From Patescibacteria group bacterium (GTDB taxonomy: Bacteria > Patescibacteriota > Minisyncoccia > Phycocordibacterales > Phycocordibacteraceae): a DNA stretch of 64,000 nucleotides. Positions 1 to 10,700 of the stretch are shown here, piece after piece. Under the pieces are notes generated by a model. It was not told the origin of the DNA and ran no database searches. It saw only the letters and a program-made list of their open reading frames with translations. Made by a program: the position numbers and the translations under genes. Each line of letters starts with the position of its first letter. Position 1 is the first letter of the stretch. The stretch covers positions 506,396 to 570,395 of the forward strand of contig JAZJYZ010000001.1 of NCBI GenBank assembly GCA_040390125.1, in the 5' to 3' direction.

Positions 1-371
1 TTGCACCCGCGGTCTCTGAAATTGCTCTGGCACGTACTCTTGCAAACACCGGCCAGGTTTCTTTTGAAGGCAACCTTCAAATTGAAAATCCTAACGACCT
101 TCACGTAGCCGTTAATGCCCCTGACGCTCTAGGTACGGAAACACCCATTGAGCTCAATATATCTGGAACGGCAAAACTAGTGGCGGTGTTTGATATTGAG
201 CAACTTGCAAAAGACCTTGCGGGTAAAGATAAAGCGGATATAAAGACCGTGCTTCCAAACTACGCCGCTATCTCGAATATAGACGTAAAAATATACCCAT
301 TCTGGAGAGGAGGCCTTCCTGACGACCCTGCCAAGCTCAAAATTACCTCAAACAGCTCGTCCACAAACTAA
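1..371 (+). CDS. C-terminal fragment of an unidentified protein (ORF open to window edge)
   Basis: Frame 3 is open from position 3 to stop at 369-371; no recognisable motif; upstream of infA where secY/adk/map usually lie but sequence matches none I recognise. Confidence 0.35.
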   Translation, partial: APAVSEIALARTLANTGQVSFEGNLQIENPNDLHVAVNAPDALGTETPIELNISGTAKLVAVFDIEQLAKDLAGKDKADIKTVLPNYAAISNIDVKIYPFWRGGLPDDPAKLKITSNSSSTN

Positions 372-448
372 TCTTAGGGATCTTCTTGACGGCTCATACT
401 GATTTCTGGTACTATAGCTAAGTCCAACTCAGATTCCGATTCGCTCAA

Positions 449-664
449 ATGGTACGCACGAAAGACACAGAGGAGAGACTTGGTACTGTTACTGAGTCAC
501 TTCCCAATGCTCTATTTCGAGTAACCCTGGAAAGCGGAGAAGAGATGCTTGCATATCTTGCAGGTAAGATGCGGCTCCATCGCATTCGCGTGCTGGTGGG
601 AGACCGTGTTTCGCTCGTTCTGGATCCTTACGGCGGACGTGCACGAATAGTGCGACGTTTATAA
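449..664 (+). CDS. infA: translation initiation factor IF-1
   Basis: 71 aa, S1-like OB fold signature ...[50 protein letters not shown]...; conserved position before rpmJ-rpsM. Confidence 0.9.
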   Translation: MVRTKDTEERLGTVTESLPNALFRVTLESGEEMLAYLAGKMRLHRIRVLVGDRVSLVLDPYGGRARIVRRL

Positions 665-673
665 TTTACACAC

Positions 674-790
674 ATGAAAGTTCTCGCATCGGTAAAGAAG
701 CAACAGGCAGGCGATATTCTCGTTCGCCGTCGTGGTCGCTTGTACCGAATCAACAAGAGAAACCCTCGTCGTAAAGCTCGCCAAGGTTAA
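674..790 (+). CDS. rpmJ: 50S ribosomal protein L36, zinc-independent (C-minus) form
   Basis: 38 aa [38 protein letters not shown]; L36 length/ends (MKV..SVK, ..RQG) but lacks the Cys/His zinc ligands, resembling the ykgO-type paralog; below 60-aa ORF-track cutoff. Confidence 0.8.
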   Translation: MKVLASVKKQQAGDILVRRRGRLYRINKRNPRRKARQG

Positions 791-841
791 GCATTTCTGA
801 CTATTTTCTACACTCTACCTACTAAACTATTCTAATTAATT

Positions 842-1222
842 ATGCGTGTCGCTGGCATTACCATCCCTGATAACAAACATCTCTCAATCGCCCTCACTGC
901 GGTGTATGGGGTTGGACGGGTGAGAGCAATGACTATCCTTACGCAAGTAGGTGTTCCAGGTACGGTAGTTGCAAAAGATCTTTCTCCCGAGAAAGAGCAA
1001 GAGATACGAGTGCTCATTGAATCATTTACCATCGAAGGCGATTTACGCCGAGAGATTGGAGGCAATGTAAAAAGATTGAAAGATATTAAAGCGTTCCGTG
1101 GACTTCGCCACATGAAAAGCCTTCCAGCACGTGGACAACGCACCAAGACTAATTCACGCACAGTGCGAGGTAACGTGAGAAAGACCATGGGTTCAGGTCG
1201 TCGTAAGCTAGAAAAAACATAA
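842..1222 (+). CDS. rpsM: 30S ribosomal protein S13
   Basis: MRVAGITIPDNKHLSIALTAVYGVG... typical S13 N-terminus; operon context. Confidence 0.95.
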   Translation: MRVAGITIPDNKHLSIALTAVYGVGRVRAMTILTQVGVPGTVVAKDLSPEKEQEIRVLIESFTIEGDLRREIGGNVKRLKDIKAFRGLRHMKSLPARGQRTKTNSRTVRGNVRKTMGSGRRKLEKT

Positions 1223-1228
1223 AACAAC

Positions 1229-1663
1229 ATGGGTAAACGTCGCATATTAAAAAAGCAAGGCAGCGGAGTCGATTCTGGAAAACGGGATCGAGCTCTTTCA
1301 AAGATCTCAAAGAGACATATTGAGAAAGCTGTTTTGCATATCGAATCTACCTTCAATAACACACGGGTAAGCCTTACCGACCAAGCTGGCGGGATGCTCA
1401 TGTGGTCGTCTTCAGGCTCTATGGGATTTACCGGCAATCGTAAATCAACACCTTTCGCTGCAGCAAAGGTAGGTGAAGTTATTGGTGAAAAGTCTGCAAC
1501 TATTGGCGTTAAAGAGGTAGAAGTGTTCATTAAGGGAGTCGGTTCTGGCCGTGAATCAGCACTTCGTGCGTTTGCCGGTAAAGGTATTCAAATTCTTGCT
1601 ATTCACGACGTGACCCCAGTTCCTCATAACGGTCCACAGCCTTGTAAGCCCCGCAGAGTGTAG
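1229..1663 (+). CDS. rpsK: 30S ribosomal protein S11
   Basis: ...HIESTFNNTRVSLTDQAGGMLMWSSSGSMGFTGNRKSTPFAAAKVGE... S11 signature; follows rpsM. Confidence 0.95.
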   Translation: MGKRRILKKQGSGVDSGKRDRALSKISKRHIEKAVLHIESTFNNTRVSLTDQAGGMLMWSSSGSMGFTGNRKSTPFAAAKVGEVIGEKSATIGVKEVEVFIKGVGSGRESALRAFAGKGIQILAIHDVTPVPHNGPQPCKPRRV

Positions 1664-1700
1664 TTTTTCATAATTCCTAAATTTATAACTCAAAATCTAT

Positions 1701-2309
1701 ATGATACTCGGACCTAGATACAAAATCTGTAAACGCCTCGGCTCTTCCATCTTTGAGAAGTGTCAAACTCAGGCTTTTGCGCTTTCCAAACAACGTTCGG
1801 ACGCAAACAAGAAAAAAGGACGCAGAAATGTTTCTGACTATAATCGTCAGCTCATTGAGAAGCAGAAACTTCGACTCTTGTACGGTTTGACTGAAAAGCA
1901 GTTTTCTACGTACGTTGAAAAAGCTCTTGAAAGTAAGGCTAATCCTCAATCAACACTTTTCAGCTTCCTCGAAAGCAGACTTGATTCAATTGTGTATCGT
2001 ATGGGTCTTGCTTCAACACACCGCATGGCACGCCAAATGGTTTCCCACGGGCACATATGCGTGAATGGCACGCGTGTCACCATTCCTTCCTACCGTGTTT
2101 CTCCTGGCGACGCAATCACTGTGCGGGTTGGTAGCAGGGAGAGTGGTTTGTTTCAGACATTGGCTGACAAGTTGAAAGAAGCTCGCACGCCTTCGTGGAT
2201 TTCTTTTGACGTCGGTACTTTGGAAGGCAAACTTCAAACAGCTCCAGTGTTTTCTGACCAAGATACGGCTGTCGACATCGGTGCCGTCTTCGAATATTAC
2301 ACACGTTAA
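1701..2309 (+). CDS. rpsD: 30S ribosomal protein S4
   Basis: S4 N-terminal region and S4 RNA-binding domain (...[48 protein letters not shown]...). Confidence 0.9.
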   Translation: MILGPRYKICKRLGSSIFEKCQTQAFALSKQRSDANKKKGRRNVSDYNRQLIEKQKLRLLYGLTEKQFSTYVEKALESKANPQSTLFSFLESRLDSIVYRMGLASTHRMARQMVSHGHICVNGTRVTIPSYRVSPGDAITVRVGSRESGLFQTLADKLKEARTPSWISFDVGTLEGKLQTAPVFSDQDTAVDIGAVFEYYTR

Positions 2310-2337
2310 TAATTAGCCGATAACTATTCTTTTTCAT

Positions 2338-3285
2338 ATGGATTACTCCATCACATTGCCATCAAAGCCTCGCATCGTTTCTGAAGAAGGAACTACCGGT
2401 ATCTACGAAATTGACGGTTTGTACCCTGGTTACGGACACACGCTCGGTAACAGCCTCCGTCGCATCATCCTTTCTTCCGTCCCTGGTGCTGCAATCACAT
2501 CGGTCAAAATTGAGGGTGCATCGCATGAATTTTCAACCATGGCTGGCATCAAAGAGGATACTATCGGCGTTATCTTGAACCTTAAAAAAGTTCGTATACG
2601 TATTTTTGACAATCAACCACACACACTTTCTTTGAACGCAAAGGGAGTAAAAACATTGACCGCAAAAGACATTACCGTTCCTGGACAGGTGGAAATATTG
2701 AATCCTGACCAACACATTGCTGAACTCACTGATAAAGGCGCACAGTTTGAAGCAGAATTGATGGTAGACACAGGTCTTGGCTATGTTCCAAAAGAGATCA
2801 TCCAGAAAGACCGAGTGGACATAGGTATGATTGCACTCGATGCAATATTCACACCAATTCGTCGCGTAAACTACGAAGTAGAAAACATGCGTGTCGGCGA
2901 CAGAACTGATTTCAACCGCCTTCGCATTGTTATCGAAACCGACGGCACTCTGACACCAAGAGAGGCACTCGAGCGTTCCGTTTCGACTATGATTCAGCAA
3001 TTGAAGGCAGTCGTTGGTTTCAAGGAGGACGCCCCAGAACCGTCTGATGCCGAATCAGTCGCAATGGGAGATGAGGCGAGGGAAGATGTTATGAAGACAC
3101 GCATTGATTCACTGGAGCTTTCAACGAGAACTGCAAATGCACTCACGGGTGCTGGCATCCGCACTCTTGGAGGCTTAGCTCGTAAGACACCTGAAGATAT
3201 TCTTGCACTCGAAGGCATTGGAGAAAAAGCAGTTGAAGAAATAAAAGAAGCACTCTCACACTTCGGTATCTCTTTGAAATCATAA
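2338..3285 (+). CDS. rpoA: DNA-directed RNA polymerase subunit alpha
   Basis: 315 aa; N-terminal dimerisation domain (...[30 protein letters not shown]...) and C-terminal alphaCTD (...[22 protein letters not shown]...). Confidence 0.95.
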   Translation: [315 protein letters not shown]

Positions 3286-3287
3286 GT

Positions 3288-3641
3288 ATGAATCACGGCA
3301 AAAAAGGACGGACTTTTGGAAGGAAACGTGATGTACGTAAAGCCTTCATCAACTCGCTTGCAGAGGCGCTTATACTACGTGAACGCATTGTTACCACCGA
3401 AGCACGTGCAAAAGAAATTCGTCCGTACGTAGAGAGCATGGTTACCAAAGCCAAAAGCGGAACAGTAAGCACACGCAGGAACCTTATTGCAACACTGTCT
3501 GGTCGTGAGAAAGTAGCAAAGAAGTTGATGGAAGTATTGGCCCCTCGTTTCAAAGATAGAAAGGGAGGCTATACTCGCATCACCAAAGTAGTTAAAAAAA
3601 GCTCAGACGGAAGAAAGAGCGCTCTCATTGAATTTGTATGA
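3288..3641 (+). CDS. rplQ: 50S ribosomal protein L17
   Basis: MNHGKKGRTFGRKRDVRKAFINSLAEALILRERIVTTEARAKEIRPYVE... L17 signature; follows rpoA. Confidence 0.9.
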   Translation: MNHGKKGRTFGRKRDVRKAFINSLAEALILRERIVTTEARAKEIRPYVESMVTKAKSGTVSTRRNLIATLSGREKVAKKLMEVLAPRFKDRKGGYTRITKVVKKSSDGRKSALIEFV

Positions 3642-3994
3642 ACAAGCCAACAGAACACACAATAGACGCAAAGGGGAAGAAGATGGGTCGCGTGGCTAGC
3701 CAGGCTGCACACATTCTTATGGGTAAGCACTCAACTGCATTTGCGAGACACCTCGCACCTGAATTAACAGTGAAAATCATCAATGCTTCTAAGCTTTCAA
3801 TTTCAGAGAAGCATCTTCAAAATAATACCTATGCACGTTTCTCTGGCTACCAAGGAGGACTCAAGTTCGACACACTTGAAGCAGTGATTGCACGTCATGG
3901 ATACAAAGAAGCGGTAAAGCGTGCAATAAAGGGTATGATACCGGCTACAAAGCTTCGTCCGGGTATGCTTAAGAGGCTAGTGATTAGCGACTAG
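3638..3994 (+). CDS. rplM: 50S ribosomal protein L13
   Basis: ...IDAKGKKMGRVASQAAHILMGKH... L13 signature; overlaps rplQ stop (ATGA). Confidence 0.9.
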   Translation: MNKPTEHTIDAKGKKMGRVASQAAHILMGKHSTAFARHLAPELTVKIINASKLSISEKHLQNNTYARFSGYQGGLKFDTLEAVIARHGYKEAVKRAIKGMIPATKLRPGMLKRLVISD

Positions 3995-4024
3995 CGTTTA
4001 GCGTTCAGGAAAACAATAAAAAAT

Positions 4025-4414
4025 ATGGCAACAAAATATATTGAAACGATAGGAAGAAGAAAAACGGCATCTGCACGTGTTCGACTAACTGAAAACAGCA
4101 AACAAAATGTTTCTGCAAACGGTAAAACGTTGGAAGAGTATTTCCGCACCCCAGAATTAGTGCGTATTTCTGTTGCACCACTTTCACATCATGAAAAGAA
4201 ATTTTCTATCACGGCGGTACTTCGTGGCGGTGGCATTGCAGGACAAGCAGTAGCACTTTCCCACGGTATTGCTCGTGCAATAGTTGAGTTTGATGCAACG
4301 TCTCGAACACCTTTGAAGAAACTAGGACTTTTGAAGCGTGACCCTCGTGCTAAGGAACGTAAAAAACCAGGTCTCAAGAAAGCTCGCAAAGCAGCTCAAT
4401 GGAGCAAACGCTAA
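4025..4414 (+). CDS. rpsI: 30S ribosomal protein S9
   Basis: ...ETIGRRKTASARVRL...GGGIAGQAVALSHGIARA...RDPRAKERKKPGLKKARKAAQWSKR; canonical rplM-rpsI pair. Confidence 0.95.
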   Translation: MATKYIETIGRRKTASARVRLTENSKQNVSANGKTLEEYFRTPELVRISVAPLSHHEKKFSITAVLRGGGIAGQAVALSHGIARAIVEFDATSRTPLKKLGLLKRDPRAKERKKPGLKKARKAAQWSKR

Positions 4415-4657
4415 GCAGTTAGCGTTTGCTCCGGTTCAGCTTGCCTCCTTAGGCAAACGCTGAAACGTCCGTTGCCGAAACTTGTGAGGCAGGGCGTAGG
4501 AGGGCGAAGCGATAGAACAAAACTGCTTTTGTTTTTCTATGCACTTCGACAAGCGGAACGATGTTTCGACTTTTGGTCGAAACCGTGAGCTGGGCTCGCA
4601 AGTACTTAGTAACTTGTGAGGCAAAGGCTAACTGCTTAGCGTTTGCTCCGGTTCAGC
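4409..4657. repeat. Two copies of a 22-nt direct repeat (TTAGCGTTTGCTCCGGTTCAGC at 4419-4440 and 4636-4657), each abutting a 13-bp-stem palindrome (GAGCAAACGCTAA-loop-TTAGCGTTTGCTC) that spans the rpsI stop; internal 8-bp-stem hairpin at 4562-4586
   Basis: Read directly; loop of the palindrome is inverted between the two copies (GCAG vs CTGC); lies at the left junction of the putative island. Confidence 0.7.
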
Positions 4658-4759
4658 CCTGCAAAAAACAAAAAACCGAGAACTAACACCTGAAAGCTAA
4701 TTCACGCTTTCTCCACAGTTGTAATTTTGTATTTTCTGGAGTCCTAGCATAATGAAGTT

Positions 4760-7700
4760 ATGAAATATAGGGGACCTTCAAGCCCCGTTCGTATTAGTCT
4801 TTCAACAAGACTCCTTTCGAAAACACCAGCATTCATGTTGGCGTTTTTTATTTTTTTTGGAGTGCTCGTAGCACAAAATATATATGCCTTCGGAACCGGA
4901 GAGCCAACGGTATTTAATCCTAATGTGTTTGGTTTTGAATCATCGAATTTAAAAGTGGAGGGACCAACAGGTGCCCTCACTGAGCGAATCCCTATCGCTA
5001 TTCCTCCAGGGCGAAATGGGTTGCAGCCCGATATTACTCTCGAATACAACAGTCAGCGCACCGAAGACAGTATTGTCGGATACGGCTGGAGCTTATCGAT
5101 TCCCTATATCCAACGCATGAATAAGGCGGGTTCGCAGGATTTGTATTCTGCAGATGCCGTATTCAGCTCCTCTATGGATGGGGAGTTGGTTCAAGTTTCG
5201 ACCACGACAGTAACTCATCGTGCACGGGTGGATACGGGTGCTTCTAACTCCTATTCTTTCTCTGGAAACACGTGGACTGTCTATGACAAGAAAGGCACTC
5301 GCTATACGTTCGGGATGGACGATGCATCTCGTCAGTACGATTCTGCAACCACCTCAGCCAGAACCTACACATGGATGCTCAGCGAAATTCGGGACACGAA
5401 CGATAATACGGTCGTATTCCATTACACCAGAGATGGCAATCAGCTCTATCCGAGCCAGATAAATTACACCGGTTCTGCTGCAGTAGAAGGCCCGCTTGCG
5501 GTGACTTTTGCAACCAGCACGAGGCCTGATGTGCGGGAAAGCTACAAAACAGGCTTTAAGGTAACAACGAACTATCGGATTTCGGAGATAGATACACTCA
5601 TCGCCTCAAGCACGGTGGGGAAGTACCTCCTTTCATACGGCACGGGTAGTAACGGCGTACGCTCCCTTCTCACTAGTATTCAGCAGCAGGGATACGATGA
5701 AAATAATACGCTCTCATCGCTTCCAGCAATGACATTCGCATACGCAAGCTCCTCTTCTATGTTCTATACGCTGAGTAGCGGAGGTGACATCCTGCTTAAT
5801 TCGCAGGTGGAAATTCCATCAGACGTAAACGGTAATGGAAAGAACGATATAACAGGATTTTATTACAATCACAATAACTCTACGGTAGGTGCTGACTTAT
5901 ATATCGATCAGTCAACGACAGTCACCGGTATAACTCCACCTGACTATTGGGGTAGAAAGTCAGGTGCTAATCTCGTGCCGGAAGAGCGAGGTACAAGATA
6001 TTTAGATGTGAACGGAGACGGTAAGGCGGACGTTGTGAAAGGACTCGAAGATAATTACAATGCAACCACTACAAGAAGTCTGTATGTGAATAGTTACGCC
6101 ACCTCAACCGATGCATACAGTTGGACAGCATCAACAACATACACGGGCACAATTCCTTTGTTTGGGTATTCAAGTACGTACCTCACTTTGACATCTGGTC
6201 TCTTTGGCGAAATAAACGGCGATGGTCTACCTGATTATGTTATGGCACTGCCCGGATACACTGGCACGGAAACGTATCTCGGAAACGGCTCTACATGGAA
6301 TGCGACAACCACCACATTTGCTCCGATCTATAACATGCCCACCACGGCACCCACGGAAAATGCCTCACAGTTAATAGATATGAACGGCGATGGACTCGAT
6401 GATTGGGTTTATTCTATAGGCTCCAACACGTACGCACGTCTCAATAATGGAACTGGATGGAATGGCTCGGCAAGCAGTCAGTGGACTATCGCGACCTCAA
6501 CGCTCTATCAAACATCAGTTGGTGGGAGCACTGTCTACTACGATCGTGGAATTCGATTTATGGATATGAACGGTGACGGTTTACCTGACTTTGTTCGCTC
6601 ATACTATATGCCAACACATACTGCGTGTACTGGTGTTGCCCAAGGAGAAGTTGCAACAGTAAAGCAAGTATTGCTCAACACCGGAAATGGGTGGGCAACA
6701 TCCACTGCGTATACTCTTCCAGAATATATTGTGTATGGAGTTGTTGACTCCTCAAGTCCGTGTAATTTCACAGGTGTTTTTTCACACAGAGAATACAGTA
6801 ACTGGATAGGTAATGGGCAAATGAAGCAGGATGTGATGACTCGTAGCACATCTGCGAAAGGTGCTGAGAAAAGTATTATTTACACCCCCTCTACTCAATT
6901 AGGAACAAACCCTGAATTACCCGCCTCGCTTCTGGTCGTGACTGAAATGGGGGAAAGTGATGGTTTTGGTAACACTGCCACCACTTCATATCAATACTCT
7001 GGCGGAAAAGTTTACCTTGCAAACGGAATCCGCGATCGCAAATTTGCCGGTTTTGCTCTGTCGACCAGCACCTCACCGGATTCTGTTGCAGTAACATACT
7101 TCAGTCAAGGAACGGGACTTAATACGACGTTGGGCGAGCAAACGAATGGGTATGCACAGATTAATCGTCCTTTCAGAAAGGATCTCTTTGATCTTTCTAA
7201 TGTACTTAAAAAACACACCTATTACCGTTGGGATTCAAGTACGATTGCGAGTAGCACGTTCGTGGGACTTGGGCGCGAACTCATCCTTGATTATGCAACT
7301 GACGGCAGCACCCATCGTGATAAGGGAACTGATTTTCTCTATGCATCAACAACTAACGACCTTCTTCGGACTATAGAGTACGGGGAAGTGAGTGGCTCCT
7401 CGGACGGCACATTTTCAGACATTGGCACTGACAAACGCACCACGCTCTTTACGTATACTGCCTCGACCTCAGTCAATATGAGCGTACCTCGGAGCAAAAC
7501 TCTCTCTGATTACAGCAACGCCACGACGACCGATGAACGTTACTATTACGATACTCTTTCATTTGGGAACGTCACGAAAGGGAATAAGACCACAAGTGAA
7601 AAGTTGAAGTCGGGCATTACATACGTCAGTAGCCAAAATGCTTATAACAGCTATGGTCTTCCTACGTCTGCAACGGATCCTCGGGGCAAAGTGACTACGT

Positions 7701-10700
7701 ATAACTATGATTCCAAGAATCTCTATATTGCGACGTCCACCAACCCACTTTCGCAAACCACCCAGTTCTACTACGACTACTCGCTAGGCAAGCCAAAGCA
7801 AACTATAGACCCAAATGGACGCATCTTTGAAACAACATACGATGGAGTTGATCGGCCGCTGGCGGAAAAACAGCCGAATATTTCGAACCCAACTTCTTTA
7901 GTAAACAAGAAAACCTACGCATATACTGACACCATTGGTTCACGCAAAATTATTGAAACAAATTATCTCGATGGTTCGACTGATTTCACTTTTCACACCT
8001 ATCTCGATGGCCTCAACCGCCCCATACAAACAAGAAAAGAAGCTGAAACAGCCGACCAGTTCTCGGTCAAGGATTTTGTATACAACAACGCAGGACTTCT
8101 TAAAAAAGAATCTCTACCATATTTCTCGGGAGGTTCTTCCAAAACATCTGCTTCAGCAACTGACGCATTGTATTCAAGATACACATACGATGCTTTGAAA
8201 CGCCCTTTAACTATCGCCAATGCTGTCGGCACTACCACGAATACCTATGGTGCATGGATAGCAACTACGACCGATGCTCTCGGAAATGCTCGTGGTCTCG
8301 CCTATGACGCATTCGGCCGATTGGTGCAGGTGACGCTTCCTGATACGGGCAACGTAACCGCATACACGTATGACACTGTTGGCAATCTGTCATCCATCAC
8401 CGATGCGAATGCGAATGTCCGCAACTTTACCTATGACGCTCTTGGTCGGCGACTTACTGCGGAAGATGTACATGCCGGAGGAGACGGAACATACGGCACA
8501 TGGAGCTATGTCTATGACGCTTCGGGCAATCTTGCTTCGACCACCGATCCGAAAAGTCAGCAGGTGGATTATATGTACGATGACATCAATCGTCTCCTTA
8601 CCGAAAACTATACCGGCCAAGGTGGCACGGAAGTCTCCTATGCGTACGACTCTTGCACGGAAGGCATTGGACGCCTATGCATCGCAACCTCAACAGATGC
8701 CATATCTTCGTTTACCTATAACGCACTCGGTTTAACCGCAAGTGAATCGAAAAACATTGCTTCGACTGTATATCTCACTTCTTATGCGTATGATCGCCAG
8801 AGCAACATCACTGGCATCGTCTATCCTGATAATTCGGAAGTTGAATACTCATACAATACGGCGGGTTTGCTCGAAAGTGTCGCACAAAAAGAAAGTGGCG
8901 ATTCCTTCCTGAATCTCATATCAGATTTTGATTATACTCCAACTGAAAAAGTCACTTTCAAGGCGTTTGCAAATGGGATTCAGAGTACATATGACTATGA
9001 TGCAAACACTTTATACCGACTCGCCAACATCTACACTTCCGCTTCTTCAACTGAAGGTGGGGGAGGAATGGGATTTGGTGGAAGCTTCTGGAGCAATATT
9101 GCTCGTGCCGTAGAAAATTTCCCGTTTGCCCTCCGAGGCAAGCTTGCATTTGCAGAGGAGCTTTCAGAAATACCGGCAATACTCGAAACTGAATTGAACC
9201 TTGAAAATCCCAGTTCTTCAGAAACTCCTGAAGAACCAGTTTTGCCTGAAGTGGCAGAGCTTGCGGTTCCTGAAGAATCAATTCTGTCCGAACCAATAGA
9301 AGAAGAAAATGCTCCGCTCACGCCTCCTGTTGTTGAAATGTTTGAATCGACTTCAACGGAATCGATGATTGAATCAGAAACTGAAGAAGTGCCGGCGGTA
9401 ATCCAGGAAGTAGAGGGAGAAGTATTGGTGGAAGATGAAGCGTCTCCGAAAACTGAAGTTGAGAAAGACCTACCTTTTGAAACGATTAGAGCGGCTGTGG
9501 AAGGGAGGTCCGCTTCCGAACGAGCTAGCATTAAAGGTCAAGAAGTTGCAAAGATTTCTTCCATCCCTCGAACACCTCGAAAAGGGTATGACATCGAAAT
9601 AGTTTCAATGGAACCCATCGATGGTGGTATTCAGGTGTTTGTAAGAGCTTGGAAGAATTGCAAACTGCTTTGCAATTCTTCCGATCCTGCCATGCAGGAA
9701 GAATCCCTGTCGGAGACAGATTCTAGGAGGGACGATGACATGCAGATAGGATTCGGTCTCGACGGCTCCGTAGACATGGAGCGTTTCCGCATCTTCAATC
9801 CACCGATTCTTGTTGAAGACGAAAAGGGCGATATCGTTCGAAATTGGGAAGATCCTGATAGTAAAAAATTGGAAGAACACCGGTTTCGTGAAGATCCAAA
9901 AGAAGCCCTCCTTCAAGTAATCGAGCAGAATCTTTCCATTATGAAAAATATCCATACTGACGGCAAGATTATTCCAGAAAAACGAGGTAATACGACTGAC
10001 ACCTATTATCCAGATGCAAATCCTGAAAGCACGTCAACCGATGGATTTACCGACGACGATAACAACTGGAACTATCACCGGAGTTGGGCACAGGTGCATG
10101 ACGGGGACGGTACGCAGGGGCGACAATCTGCTAATGCCACAAGCGAATATCTCTCTGTGCTGGCCGACAAGGGCAATGATGGAGGGCTATACTATCACAT
10201 GCGACGTACTCACATTTTGTTTGACACAAGTGCCATTGGAAGCGGAGACATTGTGTCGAGTGCAACTCTGTCCATCTACGGCGTATCCAAATCCGATGGT
10301 CAAAGCGATAGCCTATACGTAACCGATACCAATCCGGCCAGCACTACGGAGATTGTTGCAACCGACATGGACAATGTCACCATCCACGGCGCAACCGCAT
10401 ATGCTACACCAATAACTGTTGCAAGTTTCTCAACGAGCGGATATAACAACTTCTCGTTGAATTCAAATGGACTTGCTGCCGTCAATAAAATAGGGATTAG
10501 CAAGTTCTCACTGAGACTCGGACTTGATTTCAACGAAACCTCTTCTCATGATTCCCCGCCCGGAAGTGCAGATAATTACCTCTCAATGTACGCTTCAGAC
10601 CAGTCCGGCACTGCAAACGATCCGAAACTTGTTGTCGAGCATACCGCCGCCCCCAACTCGACCTCCACCCCTCCGACCAATCTTCTCGCTGAAGGACAGA

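Noticed and set aside
2430-3296. Antisense ORFs inside rpoA (2533..3000 -, 2994..3296 -)
   Set aside because: These are shadow ORFs opposite a highly conserved gene.
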